Of a stretch of DNA of 40,368 bases, positions 24,607-33,884 are shown piece by piece. This stretch comes from a virus: IMG/VR virus record IMGVR_UViG_3300045988_016556, positions 1 through 40,368 of that record; one strand, 5' to 3'. The number at the start of each line of letters is the position of its first letter. The first letter of the stretch is position 1. The position numbers and the translations under genes were made by a program. The notes beneath the pieces were generated by a model. It saw nothing but the letters and a program-made list of their open reading frames with translations. It made no database searches and had not been told where the DNA came from.

Positions 24607-25010
24607 TGAACAATAATGATTTTTCAGTGGTGTTAAAAGATTTCCTAACTGGTCTAGGCTTGCCACTGACACCTCGATTAGATTACCTAAATGAAGGTGA
24701 AGACTTGGTAATATACGCATTGCCTGGTGGCAAGGTTGAAGACGAGGATATGGCTGGCACACAGATTCTGTCGCTGCCTTATGAAATCGCCATTAAGTCC
24801 AAAGACCAACAGAAAGTCAATGCTACTCTTTGGAAAATCAACACTGAGCTTTCCAAAATCGGTCTTGAATTACCAAGTTTAAACAATTCTTATACATTCT
24901 TGTCATTGAAGGTCGAAACACCAAGTTTAAACGATGTCAATGACCAAGACTATTACATTTACTTGCTTGACTTACAAGCAACTATTGAAGTAGAAAGGAG
25001 CCTTAATTAA
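24606..25010 (+). CDS. Minor capsid / tail terminator-like protein
   Basis: 134 aa with a GTG start overlapping the previous stop. It lies immediately upstream of the major tail gene. Confidence 0.5.
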   Translation: MNNNDFSVVLKDFLTGLGLPLTPRLDYLNEGEDLVIYALPGGKVEDEDMAGTQILSLPYEIAIKSKDQQKVNATLWKINTELSKIGLELPSLNNSYTFLSLKVETPSLNDVNDQDYYIYLLDLQATIEVERSLN

Positions 25011-25567
25011 TGGCTAAATTTAAAAATGCGATTCGCAAACACTATATCGCACCGTTCGACTCAGAGAATCCAGATAAAGTCCCAACAGAGGACAAATACA
25101 TGTGGATTGCCAAGGGCATCAAAGAATCTGCACCAGAGAATGACGCAGAAGACGATGACGTGGCTTACTTTGACGGTGATGGTACTAAAGAGAAAGTTAT
25201 CACATCTAAATCACGTGGACGCTCATTTGAAGGGCACCGTGACTATGCTGATAAAGCTCAAAATTTTGTCGTAGATAAGGAAGATGCCGTAGCAGACGAT
25301 CTCATCGTTTGGTACAAAGAAGTTACCGCTGATGGTAAGACTTACAAAGAAGGTCTTGCTCGACTTTCTGAAATCGAAGTGGGTGACGGTGAAGCGTCTG
25401 AGCTTGAAACAATCAAGTTCCAAGTAAACTGGTCTCGTACACCAGAGAAACACGAAGTTACATCAGCACCAGCCGCAGCAGTAGCGGGAGCTGGTTCAGA
25501 AACCTCTGGACGTGTTGCTCGTTCTGGTGCATCATCAGAAACTGGTACACCAGTCGTAGGCGGATAA
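25010..25567 (+). CDS. Major tail protein
   Basis: 185 aa, followed by a strong terminator and then the chaperone genes and the TMP. It has an A/G/S-rich C-terminal tail. Confidence 0.75.
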   Translation: MAKFKNAIRKHYIAPFDSENPDKVPTEDKYMWIAKGIKESAPENDAEDDDVAYFDGDGTKEKVITSKSRGRSFEGHRDYADKAQNFVVDKEDAVADDLIVWYKEVTADGKTYKEGLARLSEIEVGDGEASELETIKFQVNWSRTPEKHEVTSAPAAAVAGAGSETSGRVARSGASSETGTPVVGG

Positions 25568-25598
25568 TCTAACTAAATAAAACAAAGATAAGACAACT

Positions 25599-25632
25599 AG
25601 AGGGTGGGGTTTAGCCCTTACCCTCTTTTTTT
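25599..25632 (+). terminator. Rho-independent terminator after the major tail gene
   Basis: The stem is AGAGGGT/ACCCTCT (25599-25605 / 25620-25626), followed by a run of T. Confidence 0.75.
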
Positions 25633-25656
25633 CGTATTAGAAGGAGAATTTAAAAC

Positions 25657-26019
25657 ATGGTAGTAATTAAAAAACGTAGCAATGTGATCCCTGTCGATTT
25701 CGGTGAGTTCCAACTTAATTTCCCAGTGTCAGACGGTAATATTCAACGCATGAAGGCGGTTGGTGAGGATTTGCAAGCCAAAGGGCAAGCGTTCCAAGAA
25801 ACAAGCGATGAAGAAGCCCTCGGAGCGTTGAAAGCATTGGTAGAAGATGGTTTCAACCAAGTATTTGATGATGAAGAAGCCTTTAAGCAAGTGTATGAGT
25901 TTGCTGGACAGTCAACGATTAACGCTATGTTCTATCTCATTGAAGCCATCAAAGGTATTTCAGAGGAATTTGAAAACCAAAACTCAAAAGCAGCCCTCGA
26001 TAAGTATTTGAATGCTTGA
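25657..26019 (+). CDS. Tail assembly chaperone (gpG-like)
   Basis: An acidic 120-aa protein located between the major tail gene and the TMP. Confidence 0.6.
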   Translation: MVVIKKRSNVIPVDFGEFQLNFPVSDGNIQRMKAVGEDLQAKGQAFQETSDEEALGALKALVEDGFNQVFDDEEAFKQVYEFAGQSTINAMFYLIEAIKGISEEFENQNSKAALDKYLNA

Positions 26020-26674
26020 TTTATCACGAAGACTAACAGACAAGTTAGTTATTGATGATAAAGAGTACGCCCTGGACTTGTCCTTCGATAATGTCCTTAA
26101 AATGTTCGAGATGATGAGGGATGATGATATCCCAGAATACATCAAACCTCATTTTGCCATTCGGATGCTGATCAGCAAAAGCCTAGCTGGTACTACCAGA
26201 GAGGAAAAAGCTAAATCATTTAACAATGACTTTGAAAACTACTCGATTGAAGAGATGTCAAAGGTCTTCAAGTCGGTATTTGAGGAGCATATCAGCTTGT
26301 CAGACGTTAAGGACAATCATGTTGAGTATGACTTGGCTGGGAATCCGATGAAGACCACGGCTAGCGACGATACGAAACAGAGGGCACCTTATGATATCCG
26401 ATACGACGGTGACTATATCTATGCTTCGTTCTTGCAAGCCTATGGCATTGACTTGTTCGATGTTCAAGGGGAACTTCACTGGAAAAAGTTTAACGCTCTA
26501 CTATCCGGATTGCCAGAGGGCACGAAATTCATGGAAGTTGTCAAAATCCGGAAATGGAAACCGCAAAAGGGCGACTCAGCCGAGTACAAAGAGGAAATGC
26601 GTAGGCTTCAAAAAGATTATGCCCTTCCTAACGACATTATCGAGGATGAAGAATACGAAGAAGAAGAATTTTAG
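26012..26674 (+). CDS. Gp15-family tail assembly protein
   Basis: The segment EYALDLSFDNVLKMFEMMRDDDI matches my recollection of the phage Gp15 family. It lies immediately upstream of the TMP and has an acidic C-terminus. Confidence 0.65.
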   Translation: MLDLSRRLTDKLVIDDKEYALDLSFDNVLKMFEMMRDDDIPEYIKPHFAIRMLISKSLAGTTREEKAKSFNNDFENYSIEEMSKVFKSVFEEHISLSDVKDNHVEYDLAGNPMKTTASDDTKQRAPYDIRYDGDYIYASFLQAYGIDLFDVQGELHWKKFNALLSGLPEGTKFMEVVKIRKWKPQKGDSAEYKEEMRRLQKDYALPNDIIEDEEYEEEEF

Positions 26675-26690
26675 AAAGGAGGGATAATCT

Positions 26691-29600
26691 ATGGCAGATG
26701 GTACAGTCACCATCAAAGCGTTGTTCGATGGAAAGGACGCCGAAAGTGGGGCTAAACGCATTAAGAGCTCTTTAGAAGGCTTGAAAGGGTCAGCCGGTAA
26801 GGTTGGTTCGGTGTTTAAGTCTGTCCTCGGTGCTAACTTAATCGGTGGTGCCATTATGGGCGGTATCAGCGCTCTTGGTAACGGCATGAAGTCAATGGTG
26901 GGTGAGCTTAACAGCTCGACTAAAGCATGGAAGACCTTTGAAGGCAACATGCAGCAGATTAACATGCCTACTGACCAAATCAAGCAGGTTAAAGGCGAGT
27001 TGCAAGATTTTGCGACAAAAACCATCTATTCAGCGTCCGACATGGCCAGCACTTACTCACAGTTAGCGGCAGTTGGTACGAAGAATACAACCGAGCTCGT
27101 TAAGGGCTTTGGTGGTCTTGCAGCAGCGGCAGAGAATCCGCAACAAGCCATGAAGACATTGAGCCAACAAGCCACTCAAATGGCGGCTAAGCCTAAAGTG
27201 CAATGGCAAGACTTCAAACTCATGCTGGAACAAACGCCAGCCGGTATTGCTGCGATTGCCAAAGAAATGGGCATGAGCACTGCCGAGATGGTGCAAGCTG
27301 TCCAGGACGGCAAGATTAAGACCGAGGACTTCTTTGACGCTATCGCCAAGGTCGGGAATAACGACACATTCAGCAAGATGGCCACAGAATTCAAGACTGT
27401 CGACCAAGCTATCGACGGGATGAAGGAATCTCTTGCTAACAAGCTAATGCCACAGTTTGAGAAACTCAATCAAATCGGTATCAAAGCAGTCGTAGGGCTT
27501 ACTGATGCATTAGAGAGAGTTGATATCAACGGAATTGCTGACAAGATTGGCAGTGGGTTGTCTTCGCTTTGGCAAGGTTTCTCAAATACAGGAGCTTTAA
27601 AAAATCTTGGGGCGACTTTCACATATATCTCAAGCTCAATCAAGCAACTATTTAGCAACATCGACGGCAGTAAGCTCATGCAGGGCATCGGCTCGGTGTT
27701 CGGTGACATTGCTAATGGTATCTCGCAAGCTCTAAATATCGCTACGACCTCAGTTAGAAGTTTCATCAGCTCATTTGCTGACACTGGAGCGTTTCAATCG
27801 TTTAAAGCAGCGGTCGAAGATACTTGGAACGCCCTCAAGGCTATCGGTTCATCATTTGGTGAGGTATTAGGTAGCTCACAAATGCAGTCGATTATTGCAG
27901 GTATTGGCTCAGCTCTTGGAACGCTTGTAAACTGGATATCACAAGCTATTTCAGCGGTGTCTAAGTTTGTCAGCTCGTTGCCACCGGGTGTTCTAAACGG
28001 CATTACTAGCGGTATTTTGGCAATGGTAGCAGGTTTTATGACCGCAAAAGCTGGTATTTCAGCCGTCAGTGCGGCGTTGAGAGGCTTGGACTTCCTTAAA
28101 AGTCTCAATCCGTTCAAGAAATTCGGAGCGGATGCGGCAGAAGGCATGGCCGAAGCTGCTACTAGTGCAAGCAGTGGCAAGAGCAAGATTGCCCAAGTGT
28201 TTGAGAGCATTGGCGGTGTGATTAAAAACGCTGGTTCAGCAATATCGCAAGCTGCTAAGGGTATCGGAACGGGTATCTCTACAGCATTTAAGGGAATTGG
28301 TACAGCTATCAATATTGCCTTACAAGGTTTGAGAGGGTTAAACCCAGCCACCTTGCTATCATTCGGTGCATCCGTAGCCATTGCAGCAGTTGGAATCGGT
28401 GCCGGTATTGGTATCATCGTCGCTTCATTCACATTGTTAGCAACACAATCCCAAGGCGTTTCCCAAATTTTAAATGCCATTGGCTCAGCGTTCGGAACGG
28501 TTGTCGAATCGATTGGTAAAGCAGCAGGAACTATCATTGAAGCATTCGGGACTGCTTTCGGTATTGTTGTTAAAGCAGTCGGTGAAGCAGCACCAGGACT
28601 CGCCAAGCTTTCACCACTTGTTGAAGCTATCGGCACTGCTCTAGGCAATGCAGCACCATTCATTACAGCGTTTGGTAATGCTTGGACTTCTATTTTAGGA
28701 ACGCTCCCAGCTATTATCAGTGCATTTAGCGGGTTGGTTGGTGCCATTGGTTCTGCAATCAGTCAAGTAGCTACCGCTATCACTCCGATTGTTCAAATTA
28801 TCGGAAATACTATCACGGCAGTAGCTCAAATCATTGCTAATGCCATCGTGGCAATCGCTCCGGTAATTTCAAATTGTATCGTCCAAGTTGCTCAAGTAAT
28901 CGGGCAATTCGGACCACAGATTGCAATGGTTTTACAAGTGATTGTACAAGCCATTCAAGCAACGGCACCAGTTATTATGACTTTGATTCAAGGGATTGTT
29001 ACAGTTGTTCAAACAATGGCACCAGTCATTAGTCAAGTGATTTCTGCTATTGTTACAGTCGTTCAAACATTGGCGCCAATAATCAGCCAAATCATTTCAG
29101 CGATTGTTACTGCAATAACGCAAATCGTGCCGATCATCACGGCCATTGGTGGTGTGATTAGTGCTGCATTCAGTGGCATTGCATCGGTTGTGTCAGCAGC
29201 AGGAATGGCAATTGCTACCGCTGCAATGGGTATCGGTACGGCTATTAGTACGGCTCTTAGTGGTGTGGCAAGTATCATTAGTGCTACTGGCTCAGCCATT
29301 GGTGCAGCCTTGCAGGGTATTGCTAGTGTAGTGCAGTCAGTCGGGACATCAATCAGCACAGCGGCTCAAGGTATCGGAAACGGTATCAAGTCAGCGTTTG
29401 AAGGAATTTCAAGCGTAATTACATCCGCTGGGAGTGCAATCAGTAGCGTATTGAATAGCTTGGCTAATGTGTTCAACTCAATCGGTACGGCTGCTCAAAA
29501 AGCGGGGTCTGGCTTCAATCAGCTTGCTAATGGTGTCGTTAAGATTACCAATACCAACTTAGGAGACATGGCTGCATCTCTTGCGGCAGTTGCCAAAGGA

Positions 29601-31298
29601 GTTGGGTCAATTGGTAACAACTCAGCAGGGCTTGCTCAAGCTGGTACTGGTATGACTAAGCTCGGAGATGGCATGAGTAAGGTGTCTAGCTCAGCATCTA
29701 GTGCTGTGGCAGGTCTAAGCTCATTCTCAAGTACGATTACAAGTATTCAATCATCATTCACAAGCCTACAATCATTGTTGACTACAGCAGGAACAGCGTT
29801 CAGCACGTTCTCTAGTCAAGCTAGTCAATCGCTTGCTGGTTTAACGGCTATTGTAGCCCCTATCACTGCATTTAGAACACAAATCATGACACTAGCACCG
29901 GCTTTGATGGTTGCTGCTACTGGTTTAACTCAGTTCAGTACCGTTTCAATGTCATTGACTGCTAGCATGACTTCTATCAGCTCAAGCATGACTATGTTAA
30001 CTACTAGCTTAACTATGCTAGCTACTCAATTAACTATGATCACTACGAGCATGACCATGATGGCCACTAGCTCAACAATGCTAGGCACTAGCTTAACTCT
30101 TGTAGGTACTCAGTTCACCATGATTGGTACATCACTCATGATGCTTAACAGTCAATTCATGGTATTCGCTACTAGCTTGATGCAAATGACTTCACAACTC
30201 ATGATGGCAGGTTCAGCAGTGACCATGTTTGGTGCTCAACTCATGACTGCTCAAACTGGTTTCAGTATGGTTTCCCTGATGGCTACTATGGTATCTAGTC
30301 AACTTGCTATGCTTGCTAGCTCAGCTCAAATGGCAGGGGCGGGGCTTGCAATGGTAAGTGCTCAAGTAATGATGTTAGCTAGTGTGTTCGCTACTGTTGG
30401 AGCGGCGGCAATGACATTACAAGCTACAATGATGTCACTTGGTATGGCAGTTAGTGCAGGCATGATGTCAGCGGTTCAAGCTGTAACGTCTGGAGCTATG
30501 CAAATGACTGCGGCTCTACGTTCTAGCGGTACTCAAATGGTTGCTAGCACACAAGCCTTCATGAATCAGATTGTTTCAGCAGTCCGAAACGGCATGAACC
30601 AAGTGGTTGCGGCCATCCGTGCCGGTGGTGCTCAAATGGTATCAGCCATGCAAGCAAGCGGTCAGCAATTAGTTGCAGTTACGCAAGCAGCCGTTAACCA
30701 AGCAGCAGCCGCAGCAAGAGCCGGTTACGGAGCTTTCTTCTCAGCCGGTGCTTACATGGGTCAAGGTCTTGCCGCTGGTCTGATGTCAGCTCTTGGAGCA
30801 GTTACAGCAGCAGCTAACGCCTTGGTAGCACAAGCAGAGCGTGCTGCACAAGCTAAAGCCAAAATCCATTCACCTTCACACCTCTTCCGTGACCAAGTTG
30901 GTTGGTATATTGGTCTTGGTATTGCTCGAGGTATCGACGAATCAGCTCCAGAGGTTGCGAACAGTCTTGATTATATCCGTGACCAAGTCAACGGCTTCAA
31001 TGTTCGAGCTAATGCAATGTTGACTGGTGCTACTTCAAACATGGCTAGTCAGTTGAAGATGGAAGTCTTGCGAGATAAAACCCCAGACGCTACGATTTCA
31101 GCACGTCAAGAAGCATACGCTGCACACTCAGCGGGCTTGCTTAACGATGTGATTGACGCTCTTGTAGACGTTAAGGAACAAATTGCACAGGGTCAAAACA
31201 TGGTGCTTGACACTGGTGCTCTTGTAGGCGGTACAGTCAACAACTTCAACAGTGCTATCGACACAATCAAAACATTGAAAGGACGTCATAGGCTATGA
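26691..31298 (+). CDS. Tail tape measure protein (TP901-type N-terminal core)
   Basis: 1535 aa. The N-terminal segment is YSASDMASTYSQLAAVGTKNTTELVKGFGGLAAAAENPQQAM. Long hendecad and heptad periodic A/I/S/T/M-rich regions follow. The gene sits before Dit and Tal. Confidence 0.95.
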   Translation: MADGTVTIKALFDGKDAESGAKRIKSSLEGLKGSAGKVGSVFKSVLGANLIGGAIMGGISALGNGMKSMVGELNSSTKAWKTFEGNMQQINMPTDQIKQVKGELQDFATKTIYSASDMASTYSQLAAVGTKNTTELVKGFGGLAAAAENPQQAMKTLSQQATQMAAKPKVQWQDFKLMLEQTPAGIAAIAKEMGMSTAEMVQAVQDGKIKTEDFFDAIAKVGNNDTFSKMATEFKTVDQAIDGMKESLANKLMPQFEKLNQIGIKAVVGLTDALERVDINGIADKIGSGLSSLWQGFSNTGALKNLGATFTYISSSIKQLFSNIDGSKLMQGIGSVFGDIANGISQALNIATTSVRSFISSFADTGAFQSFKAAVEDTWNALKAIGSSFGEVLGSSQMQSIIAGIGSALGTLVNWISQAISAVSKFVSSLPPGVLNGITSGILAMVAGFMTAKAGISAVSAALRGLDFLKSLNPFKKFGADAAEGMAEAATSASSGKSKIAQVFESIGGVIKNAGSAISQAAKGIGTGISTAFKGIGTAINIALQGLRGLNPATLLSFGASVAIAAVGIGAGIGIIVASFTLLATQSQGVSQILNAIGSAFGTVVESIGKAAGTIIEAFGTAFGIVVKAVGEAAPGLAKLSPLVEAIGTALGNAAPFITAFGNAWTSILGTLPAIISAFSGLVGAIGSAISQVATAITPIVQIIGNTITAVAQIIANAIVAIAPVISNCIVQVAQVIGQFGPQIAMVLQVIVQAIQATAPVIMTLIQGIVTVVQTMAPVISQVISAIVTVVQTLAPIISQIISAIVTAITQIVPIITAIGGVISAAFSGIASVVSAAGMAIATAAMGIGTAISTALSGVASIISATGSAIGAALQGIASVVQSVGTSISTAAQGIGNGIKSAFEGISSVITSAGSAISSVLNSLANVFNSIGTAAQKAGSGFNQLANGVVKITNTNLGDMAASLAAVAKGVGSIGNNSAGLAQAGTGMTKLGDGMSKVSSSASSAVAGLSSFSSTITSIQSSFTSLQSLLTTAGTAFSTFSSQASQSLAGLTAIVAPITAFRTQIMTLAPALMVAATGLTQFSTVSMSLTASMTSISSSMTMLTTSLTMLATQLTMITTSMTMMATSSTMLGTSLTLVGTQFTMIGTSLMMLNSQFMVFATSLMQMTSQLMMAGSAVTMFGAQLMTAQTGFSMVSLMATMVSSQLAMLASSAQMAGAGLAMVSAQVMMLASVFATVGAAAMTLQATMMSLGMAVSAGMMSAVQAVTSGAMQMTAALRSSGTQMVASTQAFMNQIVSAVRNGMNQVVAAIRAGGAQMVSAMQASGQQLVAVTQAAVNQAAAAARAGYGAFFSAGAYMGQGLAAGLMSALGAVTAAANALVAQAERAAQAKAKIHSPSHLFRDQVGWYIGLGIARGIDESAPEVANSLDYIRDQVNGFNVRANAMLTGATSNMASQLKMEVLRDKTPDATISARQEAYAAHSAGLLNDVIDALVDVKEQIAQGQNMVLDTGALVGGTVNNFNSAIDTIKTLKGRHRL

Positions 31299-32023
31299 TT
31301 ACTAAAATTAAAGAATATATATCATTCGGCGATTTTAATAGTCGTGACGCCGGATGGTATCTACAGAAACGTGAAGCACCAACCCCAGACGAGAAAGAGA
31401 TTGTCGAGTCTATCCCCTTCATGCAAGGGGTGCTTGACTTCTCTAGTGTCTTGGGTGAGCGTGTCTTTGAGCCTAGAGAAATAACGTATGAGTTTAAATT
31501 GCCTTTTACGGAATACGAAGACCGCAAGACGGCAGAACGCATGATTAAGTCGCAAATGGTGACTAAAACAGAGCGCAAGCTGTTTGATACGCATGACCGT
31601 CGATATTATTGGATGGGTAAGATTAAGCATATCAAGGTGGCAGACGACCCGATTAAAAAGAATCTGGTCGCTACCATCGTATTCAAGTGCTACCCGTTCG
31701 CATTCCACGAAAACGAGTATTTCGATGATGTCTGGGATACTTTCGATTTTGAGAGTGATGATTCAACATGGACTAAGTGGCAGTTAGGCTATACAAGGTC
31801 GGAAAGGACAATCTATTTTGTTAATTCTGGCGACACGTCAATCAGTCCAGTTATCTATTGTGATGAAGACATCACGCTTACCGATTCAGAAGGGGTTATT
31901 TACAACCTTAAGCGTGGTGAAAATAGGGAGTTTGCATTGACCTTATATCAAGGTATTAACTACTTTAAAGCTAAAGGCAATGGCACGATTGCCATGCACT
32001 ACAATAACGAGGTGATGGCATGA
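31295..32023 (+). CDS. Distal tail protein (Dit)
   Basis: 242 aa, immediately after the TMP and overlapping both neighbours. Confidence 0.75.
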   Translation: MITKIKEYISFGDFNSRDAGWYLQKREAPTPDEKEIVESIPFMQGVLDFSSVLGERVFEPREITYEFKLPFTEYEDRKTAERMIKSQMVTKTERKLFDTHDRRYYWMGKIKHIKVADDPIKKNLVATIVFKCYPFAFHENEYFDDVWDTFDFESDDSTWTKWQLGYTRSERTIYFVNSGDTSISPVIYCDEDITLTDSEGVIYNLKRGENREFALTLYQGINYFKAKGNGTIAMHYNNEVMA

Positions 32024-33882
32024 GTGCTAGCGGTAAAATCGAAGTATTTAACATTAGTCACACAGGGTACGCTGTTAAAGTCTCGAATCTCAGAAATGAT
32101 ACTGGTATCAAAGGGGTATCATTCCCAACGTGGAGCAGAAAAACAAACTACTCGCCTAGCGCAAACAAAGTTATCGACCAGGACGATATTATTTGGTATG
32201 ACGGTGTTGAGTGGGGTGGTAACTGGTACTGCACTGTTAACGTCTCAGACCATAACGACGAGCGCGGGGAGTTTCTAACGCATATCTATGTATCTGACAA
32301 TAATGGGCAACTTGTCGGAGTTGGCGGTGAAAAAATCGTCGTTCCAGAACCGCCCGAAACTGCTAAACAAAAAGGCGGGTATGCTGTTTACTGGTGGAGC
32401 GACTTCAACGCTAGACGTTGGGATAAGCTAAACCGCACCACGCATGGACGCAAGACGATTCACGATCCGTACAGCCCAAGAGGTGGTACGGTTATCGTTG
32501 GTGAAATCAACCAAGCTCTAAACACGATTCATGAGTTCTCGTTTGCTATCCCTTTCACGCACCCCCTCTATAACAAGATGGTGCCGTTTAAGTCTATTGT
32601 CGAAGTGGTCAATCTATACGATGGGAAGGTTGAGTTTGTGGGCAGGGTTTTGACGTCAACGAATGAAATGACAACGGACGGATTCGCTCAGAAAGTGACC
32701 TGTGAGGACTTCCTTTCATTCCTTCATGATTCCGCTCAATGGTTCCAGAAATTACCAAACCAAGGAGCAGCACCTTACTTAACTGAAATTTTAAGGGTTG
32801 CTAACGGCGAGGTTGAGGACTACAAACGCATTAATCTTGGCGTTTGCACGGTTAACAGTAGGACAGATAAACCTTGGCGTTATCTCGGTTATGAAAGCAC
32901 TTGGGACTGTGTCAGAGAGCGGATTGTCAATAACATCGGTGGTTATTTAACCATCTACGAGCGGAATACTCGCCTATATGTGGACTGGACTTCCCAAATT
33001 GGTGAAACTAAGAAATCACCCCTTCAAATTGGGAAGAACATCAAATCTGCCAGCCGGGCACTTGATTTTGACGGATTGGCTACTCAAATTATGCCAATCG
33101 GGGCAGATATTCAAAAGGAACATCCAGACGAGGACCAAAGCCCAGATGTTACAAGGGAACAGCTAACCATTTGGCATGTTAACAATAACAGCGCCTACTT
33201 AGAAGACAAAGAGCTTATTAAAGAGTTCGGTATTATTCGTAAAGCTGTCATTTGGACAGAAATTGACAATCCTAGTGTCCTGTTAGCGCGTGGCAAGCAG
33301 TATTTGAGAAATCAAAAAATCGCACTCGCAAAATGGACGATTTCAGCGGTAGAGCGCTACTTAATTGATAATCGTTACGATAAATTTGAAATCGGGAATA
33401 AACACCCGCTTATCAATGCACCTTTATCTGGGATTGAAACTTTGCAAATCTTAGAGAAAAAAATTGATATCCTAAACCCACAGAGCGTTGATCTAACTAT
33501 CGGTTCACAATCTCAATCGCTCGCAACATATCAATTGCAACTACAAGAAGCTGAAAACTCAATCGAGCGTGTTAAACAGAATACGTCAACGGCTAACAAG
33601 GAAAAACGCTTGAAGGCTTTACAAAGTCAACTTGCAGCGCTCAAGAACAAGCCTAGCACAGCACCAACGCCACCAACAGCACCTACACCGCCTAGCCCTA
33701 ACGCATCAGCGGACGAGCTCGCAGCTTATGATAAGGCATACGCTGATTATCTTGTAGCCAAGGCTAACTATGATAATCAGTTAGCGTCATTCAACATGGA
33801 CGAGCAAGAGCGTACTAGGACGATTAAGGACGTTGAAGCTGAAATCGCTAGATTACAAAAAGAACTAAATGGAGGTAATTAA
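32020..33882 (+). CDS. Tail-associated protein (Tal, prophage-tail endopeptidase-like) with an N-terminal GBS Bsp-like repeat
   Basis: The N-terminal segment GYAVKVSNLRNDTGIKGVSFPTWS...QDDIIWYDG...HNDERGEFLTHIYV resembles the Bsp-like repeat pattern. The central region is typical of phage minor structural proteins. The C-terminus has a coiled coil and APTPPTAPTPPSP. Confidence 0.7.
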   Translation: MSASGKIEVFNISHTGYAVKVSNLRNDTGIKGVSFPTWSRKTNYSPSANKVIDQDDIIWYDGVEWGGNWYCTVNVSDHNDERGEFLTHIYVSDNNGQLVGVGGEKIVVPEPPETAKQKGGYAVYWWSDFNARRWDKLNRTTHGRKTIHDPYSPRGGTVIVGEINQALNTIHEFSFAIPFTHPLYNKMVPFKSIVEVVNLYDGKVEFVGRVLTSTNEMTTDGFAQKVTCEDFLSFLHDSAQWFQKLPNQGAAPYLTEILRVANGEVEDYKRINLGVCTVNSRTDKPWRYLGYESTWDCVRERIVNNIGGYLTIYERNTRLYVDWTSQIGETKKSPLQIGKNIKSASRALDFDGLATQIMPIGADIQKEHPDEDQSPDVTREQLTIWHVNNNSAYLEDKELIKEFGIIRKAVIWTEIDNPSVLLARGKQYLRNQKIALAKWTISAVERYLIDNRYDKFEIGNKHPLINAPLSGIETLQILEKKIDILNPQSVDLTIGSQSQSLATYQLQLQEAENSIERVKQNTSTANKEKRLKALQSQLAALKNKPSTAPTPPTAPTPPSPNASADELAAYDKAYADYLVAKANYDNQLASFNMDEQERTRTIKDVEAEIARLQKELNGGN

Positions 33883-33884
33883 AC

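Noticed and set aside
25657-26674. Programmed -1 frameshift between the two tail chaperone genes (gpG/gpGT-like)
   Set aside because: The second ORF has its own ATG (26012) overlapping the first ORF's end. I could not identify a convincing XXXYYYZ slippery heptamer near 25990-26019. The alternate-frame ORF at 26391-26687 is basic, lacks an SD and looks spurious.
27794-28747. 317-aa minus-strand ORF, plus several other antisense or alternate-frame ORFs inside the tape measure gene (26576-27025, 27063-27784, 29063-29359)
   Set aside because: The GCN/ATY-rich periodic codon composition of the TMP keeps other frames open by chance. These ORFs have no SD or family features, and the TMP frame is unambiguous.
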